Positions 1 to 11,491 of a stretch of 64,000 bases of DNA are shown in pieces. Origin of the DNA: TPA_inf: Saccharomyces (Eukaryota); the NCBI GenBank assembly GCA_000146045.2, contig BK006942.2, forward strand, positions 1 through 64,000, written 5' to 3'. The notes beneath the pieces are model-generated. The model did no database searches, was not told where the DNA came from, and saw only the letters and a program-made list of their open reading frames with translations. The position numbers and the translations under genes are program-made. Each line of letters starts with the position of its first letter. Within the stretch, counting starts at the first letter, position 1.

Positions 1-75
1 CACACACACCACACCCACACCACACCACACCACACCCACACCCACACACACCACACCCACACACCACACCCACAC
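1..75. repeat. Terminal telomeric repeat tract, C1-3A on + strand (TG1-3 on the other)
   Basis: Sequence is irregular CACACACACCACACCCACAC... from base 1, the yeast telomerase-templated repeat; it ends near 75 where unique sequence begins. Confidence 0.9.
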
Positions 76-170
76 CAACTCTCTCTCATCTACCTTTACT
101 CGCGCTGTCACACCTTACCCGGCTTTCTGACCGAAATTAAAAAAAATGAAAATGAAATCCTGTTCTTTAG

Positions 171-217
171 CCCTACAACACTTTTACATAGCCCTAAATA
201 GCCCTAAATAGCCCTCA
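171..217. repeat. Short tandem 10-bp repeat containing CCCTAA (TTAGGG on the other strand), Tbf1-type motifs
   Basis: agccctaaat agccctaaat agccctcatt, about 2.5 tandem copies preceded by an isolated ccctac; TTAGGG is the established Tbf1 recognition motif found in subtelomeric STR repeats. Confidence 0.5.
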
Positions 218-482
218 TTTACGTCTCCTCCAAGCCCTATTGACTCTTACCCGGAGTTTCAGCTAAAAGCTATACTTACTACCTTTATTTTATGTTTACT
301 TTTTATAGACTGTCTTTTCATCCTACTCCTTCGCACTTGTCTCTCGCTACTGCCGTGCAACAAACACTAAATCAAAACAGTAAAATACTACATCAAAACG
401 CATATTCCCTAGAAAAAAATTTTCTTACAATATACTATACTACACAATACATAATCAGTGACTTTCGTAACAACAATTTCCT

Positions 483-3400
483 TCACTCTCCAACTTCTCT
501 GCTCGAATCCCTACATAATAATATATCAAATCTACCGTCTGGAACATCATCGCTATCCAGCTCTTTGTGAACCGCTACCATCAGCATGTACAGTGGTACC
601 CTCGTGTCATCTGCAGCGAGAACTTCAACGTTTGCCAAATCAAGCCAATGTGGTAACAACCACACCTCCGAAATCTGCTCCAAAAGATACTCCAGTTTCT
701 GCCGAAATGTTTTATTGTAGAACAGCCCTATCAGCATCGAGAGGAATGCCGTCCAATGCGGCACTTTAGATGGGGTAACTCCCAGCGCAATCTGATCTCG
801 CAAGTGCATTCCTAGACTTAATTCATATCTGCTCCTCAACTGTCGATGATGCCTGCTAAACTGCAGCTTGACGTACTGCGGACCCTGCAGTCCAGCGCTC
901 GTCATGGAACGCAAACGCTGAAAAACTCCACCTTTCTCGAGCGCTTCCACAACAACCGTATCGTCTTTTGCCTCCCATTCTTCCTGGCACTTTTTTTCGT
1001 CCCAGTTCAAAAAGTACTGCAGCACCTCTGTCTTCGATTCACGCAAGTTGCTCCATACTTTAAAATACAACTCTTTGATCTGCCTTCCAGACATGCGGAA
1101 AACTTGGCTCCCTTGCTTGCCTCTTGTCGAATCCAATACACTAATTGTTTCTCTTCTTCTAGTAATGGCCAGGTACCAAGCATAATTTCTCTGTATCTGA
1201 GAGTAGATCTCTCTCCTTTTTACGCTAAAATATTTCAAATATCCTACAGGGTCCCCATGATATGGCTCGATGTCTTCCAAGTATTCTTTGTATTCCTCGT
1301 CATTTCGCAGCATTCTCTCCACAGCTAGTGCTTCCCAAGCTATCCTCCGATACGATACTTTCTGGCCAGCCCAACAGACACAGAGCTCGAACATCTTTTG
1401 ACAGCCCTTGCATAATCCGTATTGTGTGAACACTCCCTCTGGGCAGAAGTATATGTCAATACCATAGAGGAAAAGATGTTTAATTTCGTCAGACCGAAAT
1501 CCAAGAAACTGTAAGACATTCATATTCTCGGAAGTATTGGGAAATTGTGCTTTCAGTTTCTTTCTCTCTAGCAAAACCATTTGACTCCCTTTCCGCTTAT
1601 ACGACTCTTTGTTAATGTCGGTGACTGGATGGAATCTATTATCCTCAGCATTGCCATCTTTATTGGCGTCCTCCTTGGCACTAGCGTTGGTACTTTCAGT
1701 GGTAGTAGCACTAGTGTTGGAGTTGGTACTTTCGGTGGTAGCAGCACTAGTGTTGGAGTTGGTACTTTCAGTGGTAGTAGCATTAGTGCTGGAGTTGGTA
1801 CTTTCAGTGGTAGTAGCATTAGTGCTGGAGTTGGTACTTTCAGTGGTAGTAGCATTAGTGTTGGAGTTGGTACTTTCAGTGGTAGTAGCATTAGTGCTAG
1901 AGTTGATACTTTTAGTGGTAGTAGCACTAGTCCTGACGTTGATGCTGGCAGTGGTAGTCGCACTAGTGCTGGAGTTGGTACTTTCAGTGGTAGTAGCACT
2001 AGTCCTGACGTTGATGCTGGCAGTGGTAGTAGCACTAGTGTTGGAGTTGGTACTTTCGGTGGTAGTAGCATTAGTGCTGGAGTTGGTACTTTCAGTGGTA
2101 GTCGCATTAGTGCTGGAGTTGGTACTTTCAGTGGTAGTAGCACTAGTCCTGACGTTGATGCTGGCAGTGGTAGTAGCACTAGTCCTGACGTTGGTGCTGG
2201 CAGTGGTAGTAGCATTAGTGCTGGAGTTGGTAGTCGCATTGGTACTGGCATTGGTGGTCGCATTAGTACTGGCATTGGTACTGGCATTGGTAGTCGCATT
2301 AGTACTAGCATTGGTAGTCGCATTAGTCCTGACGTTGGTACTAGCAGTGGTAATCGCATTAGTACTGGCGTTAGTACTGGCATTAGCACTACCATGAATG
2401 CACGTGTTGCTGTCCTCATCACTGCTGCAATACTTTCTGTACCTGTCACTGCTATTGCTCTCCTGGAAGCTAGACGGTAACGCAACGATCGACATGGAAG
2501 CTGTCGCCTGTTTTTCAGCCAATCTGTCCATTCTTTCTATCAGTTCCACTGTGTCAGCAGACAGGTCTGTCCTGGAGCCACAGCATCCAACATGCTGGCC
2601 CTTTTTTCCTTTCTTTGATTCAAGTCCATAGAACTCGCGTACCTGTTCGGTTATACAGCCTTCCTTAATCGGTGGTAATTCACCCTTACGATTCCTTGCC
2701 GCCCAACTGTTTTTTCTAGATAATAGATAACAGAGGCCCCCATCTCTTAGTCTCCCTACACCTTGAATGAGCTCAATAATATTAAGTCTATTATCAAGCA
2801 TGATCACCATCATCAATTGCTTAATGTCAATTCCTTCAGTCACTAATTTCGTTCCGATGAGAACTTGCATGCTACCGTCAGTGACAAACTCCTTTGTGCG
2901 AGACACCTTTTCTGCAGCACCCAGCTTCCCGTGTATCCATACCACCCTAAAATACTTTCTCCAAGAGCAGGCCAATTCTTCCACTTCGTTGGTTGTGCTT
3001 GCAACTACAATGGCCTTCGACTCTGGTTCACTTTCAAAGAGGGCTAAAAGAAGCTTCAGTGCTTCTTCGGGCTGTGATTCCACTTTCTTCCGAATTTTAT
3101 GAACATGCCCTAAAGGCACCTCGGATTTCTCCTTGATTAGATTAAACATCCGTGTTGGATAGCTGGATAGACCTCTGCTGAGATCTTCCGACCGTTTGAG
3201 CTCGTTGATGTCCATCGATTTCTTGGCCAGTCCCGTAAGCCCAATACGCTGCAACGCAGCATCAGCTACAGCCTCAGGGGCTGTGCCGCTCAAAAAGATT
3301 GCTTTCTCAAAAGCGTCAAAATCAAGGTTAGTTATGCCCCCAAATTGCGACTGCCGGTAGACCTCCGTTTCAAAGTTGTGAAACTCATCTACAATGAGGT

Positions 3401-6147
3401 AACCCAATTTTACGTTGTTGGTCCTAAAGGTGCACTCAACAATATTCTCCCACGCAGCTATCCTGTCTGTGAAATTAGTGCTAGCAAGATCATCGTAGAT
3501 CCCCACGTATAAATCAGTAACGCCATCGTAACCTTCTTCAATAAAGTTTCTTACAGGGGCCACATTCAAGCAACCGCATCGGCCCAACCTGATCATGCAA
3601 TTAGCAAGCAACACTGTGTACGGTACAAACAGAAACGACACATATTCCACGTCGCCCTTAGATGCCAGTGCTATCAAGGGGAGATGAAATAACTCCGTCT
3701 TACCATAGCCCGGTGGGGCCTGTACTGCCACAGAGGGTGTGTCTGCCATGTATATTTCATAACATAAGCGCAACTGATGCAAGTCCCTGAATTCAAAGGA
3801 GCTGCCAAAGAGTTTCTGGCCTGCGACGAGGATATCGTTTGTACTCTTGGGCTCTCGGGGCCTTTTTCGCGTTACTCTTGAAATTTTTTGATGATGATTT
3901 GAACTCGCCGCCTCACCTGCCACTACGTCTTCCGCATTCCGAGTACTGGAGAATGAACAATGGTAGTCGCTTTCAAGGCCTAACCACTGAATCCAGCGCT
4001 CGGAAGCTCGTTCCTGCAATAAAGTGGCGGTCGTCCCACTGACACTAGTTAACGAAAAGGAATCCACACCGTAAATATTTCGCCCTGTTTGAACGGAATG
4101 ATTGGCCATGAGTTCACTCGTCGCCGACTCGTACAAATCTGTTTCAAATCTGCTACCTACGCAGTGCCGTCCTAGGGCAATCAACCCCTGACGCATCTCC
4201 CGAAAATTCAGCTTCTGAGGTGCATTCTTCGGAAGTTCCCTCATGTACTGCCGAAAAGTTGCGTATTCAACCAGACAGCCCTTCGCGGTATTCAGAAACA
4301 TGTAGGAATACAAAACTATCCTCGAAATGTCTCGATTTGTTACTTGATTTGGATCCTCAAATCCCACCACATCCATCCAAGGATCATGATTAAAAGCGTC
4401 ATAACTGTTACCAAGCGCACATATTTGCATTTGCCTTAGCACAGTGACAAAATAAAACACGTAATCTGAGGTGAGTCCGTCAAGCGTCTTTAGTCGAGGC
4501 TCCGATGAACCGTTCTTGTTGTAATCAGTGTACAGTTGGATGCGTCTTGTTGTATCATCGACGTATACGTTGCGCTGAGGACCGGCAAAAGCGAGTAGCT
4601 GAAGCTCTGGATAACGGTAAGGGTATCCTACGGCAAAATGGATCATCCACATAAGTGGCACCGTAAGCTCGTCAATTGCAACAGCGACTTTATTTTTAAG
4701 AGCCGCGGTCATTTTGTTAGTATCTCTTCTCAACTTGGGCAGCACAATTTCACGATATTTAACAGGTATCATTTGAAGAAAAGAATCGTTTTCCAGATAC
4801 TCGTCAATTCCTCGCTTCGGTTCTCTGAACAAAACTTCTCGATTACGCAAAATGAGGTTGGCAATATCAACCACTGTAGGCATATAAAAGCAGTTGTTCA
4901 ACTCTCCCCAAAGGTTATCAAACTGAGCCTTGCATGCAAAGTAAAAGCCGCGGACATACTCGCGATTAAAAAAGTTTTCCACATACTGATATACCATCAG
5001 AAGAAGGTACCAAAGTTATTCTATAAGAGTCCTTCAGCGTGGTTTCCTGCGCTACTTCGTGGTACAGAATTTTGATCCATTTCCACATTGCAACGCCGTT
5101 GTTGTCATCAAATATATCTAAATCCCTTGCGGTACAAGCACAAGACGACACCAATAAAGCTTTCACGGCATCTAGTGTTTTTCTGAGTCTTCGTGGAGTG
5201 TTAGGACTGCGCAACTTACATACTTTCAGGCCATGCTCGTCCACAGAGGGAATAATGGGTTCTTCATTCGTAATAGATCGATCCTCTTCGTCACCAGCGC
5301 CACCACGGGGACCCGCCCCGAAATTGAGTGCACATGCTCGCAAGATAATATGCAAAATATCACCCAATCGGTCCTTTTTGTTCATCATATCGTTACATAT
5401 CTGTGAAAAGTACTTTATCTCAATGGGTTTACGTGGGCATAGATCACGCTTCAGCCGCTCTGTGTCGACTTTCTTTTCGCCAGGTAAACTTGCTTGGTAT
5501 GCAGAAAAAATCGATAGCTCATCTACGTGTAGTAACAAAAACATGTAGGGTGCCAAATTGTACCCATATTTCCTTATGGTGCTTTTCTGAAGACTCCTTA
5601 CAATAGGTGCGCCGGAAACAAAGTCAGTGAAAGTACGCATCGTAGAGCTGTCGTTCGGCCTAGCACTCGCTATTTCGTGACAACGTTCCAGGACACGGAA
5701 ACTCAACTCATTATAGTATCCTCTGTTGAGGTAAAAAAGAGAAAGGGTATCGTAATCCTTTCTATTGAATTTCAAAGTATGCACTTGAAACAACGTGTAG
5801 ACCATCAAGTTGATTTTCTTGGGAATAAGATACTTTGAAGGGATTGGTCCGCCCTGGAAATCTGGTTCGTCTTCAACAAACGTCAGGAACTTTTTTACAT
5901 TTTTCCCGACCATGACGGAAATGACAACTTTTTCAAAAGACCTTTTCCTATCCATTGCACCAGTTCTGAATTTTACCACTTTGATTAGGCCAGACTTTTC
6001 GTCTTCGTAGAATGACCGCACTTCCGTGGGGATCGATTCAAATAAAGTTATTGAGGGACAATGTACCAAGTCGTTTTTGTTATTTAGAGCCGACTCAAAC
6101 TCGTCAAAGTTTGCTTTTTCAAACTTACGCCTATCGGAAACTTTCAT
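483..6147 (-). CDS. YIL177C: Y' element ATP-dependent helicase, two exons: about 6147..4987 and about 4596..483, intron about 4986..4597
   Basis: Track ORFs 4966..6333(-) and 483..4997(-) overlap in different frames. The second (SFII helicase motifs GYGKT and DEFH, C-terminal Thr/Asn/Ser repeat) is the Y' helicase body. On the - strand GTATGT sits at 4986..4981 right where the first ORF ends, TACTAAC at 4722..4716, and an AG near 4597, giving a spliceable join. M at 6147 (MKVSDRRKF...) matches the usual Y' helicase N-terminus, so the 5' extension to 6333 is probably not used. Confidence 0.7.
1640..2400. repeat. 36-nt tandem repeat array (about 20 copies) inside the Y' helicase coding region
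   Basis: Unit ggtagtagcactagtgttggagttggtactttcagt repeats with point variants; on the - strand it encodes 12-aa [12 protein letters not shown]-type repeats in the helicase C-terminal part. All other frames of the array give artefactual repetitive ORFs. Confidence 0.85.
4597..4986 (-). other. Putative spliceosomal intron of the Y' helicase gene
   Basis: On - strand: 5' splice site GTATGT at 4986..4981, branchpoint TACTAAC at 4722..4716, candidate 3' AG at 4598..4597. Removing it fuses the two helicase ORFs in frame by my reading; the exact 3' site is uncertain by a few nt. Confidence 0.5.
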
Positions 6148-7514
6148 TTTATTTTTGTAAGTTTCGAAATTAACAATAGTATGTTGATTGTTATGCTTTT
6201 TGACAAGAAATCCATCAATATAAACAAAAGATTGTCCAGTTTCCGTCTTATCATCATCTAAGAATGTAATAATTAAGCTATTGAGAAGATGCAGAATCTG
6301 CGCTATGCAGGTGCAAATCTCTAGCAGCAGCAAAGAAAATTCAGTTAATAAGAAATCTCACTAAGATAAGCGACTGTCTGTCCCCTTCAAGCACAACATA
6401 GAAAACAGAAGGATGTCTCATTCATCGCTTGATTTCCGGCCTGCAAAAATAAAGTAGTCGGTACGTACGTTCGTTTTCAATTTCCATGGTGCACAGTATC
6501 TTAACTATCTGCTTAGTCGAGGAGAACCAGGATTCTGTTCGTTGCTCAGCCGCTTCGTGGATATTCTCTTGGATACTTTAAACATGGACCTACGCTTAGC
6601 CTGCGCTTAGCCTACAACTTCTTCCGCTATCGAAAAGACCAATATAATAAAAAGTTATAAATTACATTTCCTTATTAGGTATACGACCTCGCGCTTCGAA
6701 GTAAAGGAGCCCTTTTTGGCGTACCTACATATGGCGCGTCAGACAGACAACCTTCCCTCAAAATGTATTACCCCGCCGAATAAGAAAACAGACCCATTCA
6801 CCAACGACGTATCAAGTTACTTCCTTGATTTGCAATGTCCCACTATAAAAAAATTCCTTAACGCTAGATCTTTGGGCTAAAATCTGCGTCAAACAGGAAA
6901 TATTGCCTATTTTCGTACAAGGTTACTTCCTAGATGCTATATGTCCCTTTACATAATAAATTAAAAAATTTTTTTTATAAATTATAATAATTTCTTTTTA
7001 TTTCTAATAGTATCTTGGGATTAAATAAATCACTTACAATATTTATTTTATTATATTGCTTTGTTCAATTAAATTTTAATACGAAATTATTTAATTGTTT
7101 TGTATTTAAAATATTTTGAATAATAAAATAATATAGAGTTTTATTATAAATTTTTCATTGATATTTAATAAATAAAGATTTCCAGCATACAGCACATAAA
7201 ATATTAATTACATATGTAATTAATAATAAGGCCATATTTTGACCCTGCCATTACCCTACCATGCCCCATCTGTTACTCACTATACTGTTGTTCTACCCAA
7301 CATATTGAAATGTTAACAAATGATCGTAAATAATACACACATACTTACCCTACCACTCTAATCCCACCACCACATGCCACACTCACCCTCACTTGTATAC
7401 TGATATGCCATACGCACACGGATGCTACAGTATATACCATCTCAACTTACCCTACTCTCATATTCCACTCCACTCCACGGCCCATTCTCACTAAATCAGT
7501 ATAAATGCACTCAC

Positions 7515-7527
7515 ATCATTATGCACG
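7515..7527 (+). promoter_or_regulatory. Abf1 binding site in core X (ATCATTATGCACG, fits RTCRYNNNNNACG)
   Basis: Exact match to the Abf1 consensus RTCRYN5ACG within the conserved core-X block. Confidence 0.55.
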
Positions 7528-7745
7528 GCACTTGCCTCAGCGGTCTATACCCTGTGCCATTTACCCATAAAGCCCACGATTATCCACATTTTAATATCTA
7601 TATCTCATTCGGCGGCCCCAAATATTGTATAACTGCCCTTAATACATACGTTATACCACTTTTTCACCATATACTAACCACTTAATTTATATACACTTAT
7701 GCCAATATTACATAAAAATCACCACCAAAATCACCTAAACATAAA

Positions 7746-7756
7746 AATATTCTATT
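7746..7756 (-). promoter_or_regulatory. ARS consensus sequence (ACS) of the core-X replication origin
   Basis: Reverse complement of taaacataaaa is TTTTATGTTTA, an 11/11 match to WTTTAYRTTTW, in the position where core-X ARS elements lie. Confidence 0.55.
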
Positions 7757-8792
7757 CTTCAACAATAATACATAAACACATTGGCTTGAAGTATGAGCAC
7801 TATCATGGTATCACTAACTTAAAAGATCCTTAATATTGCAATTTGCTTGAACGGATGCCATTTCAGAATATTTCGTACTTACACACACCTGACATTACAA
7901 TAATATGCCACCTCACTGTCGTAACACTCTTTATTCACTGAGCTATAATACGGTAGTGGCTCGCACTCATGCGGGGGCTATGATACAATTGTATCCTATT
8001 TCCATTCCCATATGCTAACCGCAACATCCTAAAAGCATAACTGATGCATCTTTAATCTTGTATGTGACACTACTCATACGAAGAGACTATATCTGAACAA
8101 GACGATACTGTGATAGGTACGTTATTTAATAGGATCTATAACGAAATGTCAAATAATTTTACGGTAATATAACTTATCAGCGGCGTATACTTAAACGGAC
8201 GTTACGATATTGTCTCACTTCATCTTACCACCCTCTATCTTATTGTTGATAGAACACTAACCCCTCAGCTTTATTTCTAGTTACAGTTACACAAAAAACT
8301 GTGCCAACCCAAAAATTTTGATATTTTACGTGTCAAAAAATGAGGGTCTCTAAATGAGAGTCTGATACCATGACTTGTAGCTCGCACTGCCCTGATCTGC
8401 AATCATGTTCTTAGAAGTGACGCATATTCTATACGGCCCGACGCGACGCGCCAAAAAATGAAAAAAGAAGCAGCGACTCATTTTTATGGAAGGACAAAGT
8501 GCTGCGAAGTCATACGCTTCCAATTTCATTGTTGTTTATTGGACATACACTGTTAGCTTTATTACCGTCCACGCTTTTTCTACAATAATGTAAAAGTTTC
8601 TTTCTATGTTTATCATATTCATAAAATGCTTCACGAACACCGTCATTGATCAAATAGGTCTATAATATTAATATACATTTATATAATCTACGGTATTTAT
8701 ATCATCAAAAAAAAGTAGTTTTTTATTTATTTTATTTTGTTCGTTAATTTTCAATGTCTATGGAAGCCCGTTCGTAAAATTGGCGTTTGTCT

Positions 8793-9155
8793 CTAGTTTG
8801 CGATAGTGTAGATACCGTCCTTGGATAGAGCACTGGAGATGGCTGGCTTTAATCTGCTGGAGTACCATGGGACACCGGTGATCATTCTGGTCACTTGGTC
8901 TGGAGAAATACCAGTCAACATGGTGGTGAAGTCACCGTAGTTGAAAACGGCTTCAGCAACTTCGACTGGGTAGGTTTCAGTTGGGTGTGCGGCTTGGAAC
9001 ATGTAGTATTGGGCCAAGTGAGCTCTGATATCAGAGACGTAGACACCCAATTCAACCAAGTTGACTCTTTCGTCAGATTGAGCTAGAGTGGTGGTTGCGG
9101 AAGCAGTAGCAGCGATGGCAGCGACACCAGCAGCGATTGAAGTTAATTTGACCAT
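8793..9155 (-). CDS. PAU14: Seripauperin (PAU family cell-wall mannoprotein), 120 aa
   Basis: ORF 8793..9155(-) starts with ATG and encodes [53 protein letters not shown]..., a typical PAU protein with N-terminal signal peptide. The symbol is by position next to TEL09L, since PAU paralogs are near-identical. Confidence 0.8.
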
Positions 9156-11360
9156 TGTATTTGTTTTGTTTGTTAGTGCTGATATAAGCTTAACAGGAAA
9201 GAAAAGAATAAAGACATATTCTCAAAGGCATATAGTTGGAGCAGCTCTATTTATACCCGTTCCTCCATCTGTCATCATTACTTAAACGATTCGTTAACAG
9301 ATGCTCATTTAGTACCTCACATATTCTCCATATCTCATCTTTCACACAATCTCATTATCACTATGAAGATGTTCTTGTTTTTGAACGAATCATACATCTT
9401 TGATAGACTTCGTATGTGGAGTATTGTTTTATGGCACTCATGTGTATTCGTATGCGCAGAATGTGAGAATGCCAATTATAGGGGTGCCGAGGTGCCTTGA
9501 AAAACCCTTTTGCGCGCCTGCGAAGTTTCCATTTTCGGTCAAAAAGAATATCCGAATTTTAGATTTGGACCCTCGTACAGAAGCCTATTGTCTAAGCCTA
9601 AATTCAGTCTGCTCTAAACGGCTTCCATGCAAGAAATATTTCTATCTCTTGAATTCGTACAACATTAAACGTGTGTTGGGAGTCGTATACTGTTAGGGTC
9701 TGCAAATATGTAAACTCTCGGCGAATGCCTTGGTGCAATTACGTAATTGTAGCCGCTGAAGGCGGATGGTATTGAGAGAAGTTGATATTCAAAGAATCTT
9801 GTATGATAAAAATAAAATTGTAACCAGTTCGTAGTAGCAGTATTAAAACTTTGCACAGGGGGAAATATTTGATTCCGAGATGTATTCCCCCTTTTCTAGT
9901 CAGATATGAAGGAAAAAAGTGTAAGGGCAATAGATGGCGCTAATTTGTTCTATTCTATTCTAAAAACGTTTTCTAGGAAAAATATATTAATAGTTGATAC
10001 TCCTTGTAATTTCTAAGTCAAAAGAAATGTCTCTATCTTTATCGTAACGGCTCATCGTTAGAGCTCAATTGTGCCTCTTGGATGTATTTCCAAAGTTCCA
10101 CGTTTAATAACCCAGCCAACACAGATTCCTTTGAGAACAAATGGCTACCAAAGTTTCATTCAAATAAGCCTGACAATCAACCCCATCAAAGAGGAGCTCT
10201 TTGTTTTTCCAAACCCATGAGAAAAAAATACAGTTCCTTTTCCATACCAAAAAATGAAGAAGAAATCATGTGCTGAGAGTTGCCTGCAGTCGTAGAAGTT
10301 TACGATCCTAACCCATTATGTGATTCGTTGTGAGTCACCCTTCCATGATTATGTGTCCTTACTACCTACTATCCAATTACTACATATGTTTTGAACTCAT
10401 ATGTACCAAGCACCTAAAATTACGCACCCATTTCCATTGGCAAAGACTTGACGAAATTTAATACACTGCAATAATATCCAGCGATACTCTTCAAGAATTC
10501 CCGCCTATAATGGCGGCTCGCTGTCCGAAAGATTGCGCCGCACTTGACTGCTTCTTACACTCCTTTTTCCCAGGCGATAAACAGACTAAGCGGAAACTAC
10601 GATATAATGCAGTAGAGGTCCCCCAAGAGCTGGAAAGAAAATATTAGTTTGATAGCCAGCACTATTCCATCCAGTGGGTTCTTGTACCATTTTCTGTGGT
10701 ATGGCTTTGATTCAACTGCATACGTAGTTAACGCGATCAGCCGCACATGTCCATTATCATTTTCAGGGGTACTGGTAAACCCTATTGTTTAGAAAGAATA
10801 TCTGGTAAGCGGGTCTGTCGAGTCTTCACTTCCTTCATACACATTTTATTGAGTAAATTATACTTAGATCCGGAATCATAACGTTGGAAAAGGAGACAAG
10901 GTTGGATAAGTTATGTAGGCGTATTTCAATAAGACGTATATGATTTAGTCTAAGAAACCGACGTATCTAGCCAGCATTCGCACTATGACGACAGTTTAAC
11001 GTCGTATTGAGCAGCATCAACTGAATATAATGAAAAAAAAAAAATCATTCCTTGAAATTCGTTCTTCCGAAAACTGCTCAAGGTGATAGCACCTCAAGAA
11101 CAATTCTTCGTTTGAATTTATTATCAAATTCATCACCGTCAGAGTTATAAGTTGCACTGTATTCCTGGTGACCCTAGTAACCCAAAATACCATTTTCTGA
11201 TTTTGCAATCATATTTATTGGCTTTAGCGAACATATGATCACCATACTATCTTGATGGTTGACCAAGAAGCGAACATCTTCGAACCAAAGTCACCGAATC
11301 TCAAGGAATGCAAAATTCGTGGCTCAGTGCTCTCAAGACAATGTTGCAACCCTTTGCGTC

Positions 11361-11363
<3 letters not shown>

Positions 11364-11392
<29 letters not shown>
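11364..11392. repeat. (TA)n dinucleotide microsatellite, about 14 units
   Basis: tatatatatatatatatatatatatatat immediately upstream of VTH1. Confidence 0.9.
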
Positions 11393-11395
<3 letters not shown>

Positions 11396-11491
11396 GTCCG
11401 CTTTCTTTTTTTTGTCAGTTGGGTCGCAACGCAGGGTCTCGAGACCTGAAAAAAGCTTCATAGCGATATTAAAGGTAGAGGTACACCCATA

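Larger units (their letters stand above)
76..6900. repeat. Subtelomeric Y' element (long class); proximal boundary approximate
   Basis: Directly abuts the telomere tract and contains the characteristic Y' helicase ORF on the - strand with its internal 36-nt tandem array. Total length about 6.7 kb as expected for Y'-long. The centromere-proximal end cannot be placed exactly by eye (somewhere 6.4-7.2 kb). Confidence 0.75.
7230..7784. repeat. X element: short STR-like remnant (about 7230-7320) plus core X (about 7320-7784)
   Basis: ...ccattaccctaccatgcc...caacatattgaaatgttaacaaatgatcgtaaataa... followed by ...atgcacggcacttgcctcagcggtctataccctgtgccatttaccc... is the conserved core-X sequence found at yeast chromosome ends. 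It contains an ACS and an Abf1 site (listed below). Confidence 0.75.

Noticed and set aside
1581-2480. Two long + strand ORFs (299 aa Gly/Ser/Thr-rich; 262 aa Leu/Val/Ala-rich) antisense to the Y' helicase, and a third - strand ORF 1568..2485 in another frame
   Set aside because: All lie exactly on the 36-nt tandem array, so any frame stays open by periodicity. Their composition is pure repeat translation; they are not genes.
9400-9930. Small ORFs (60-98 aa) between PAU14 and VTH1, and the 10.4-10.6 kb GC-richer patch
   Set aside because: Short, no recognisable motifs; typical dubious subtelomeric ORFs. Could be relics but not supportable.
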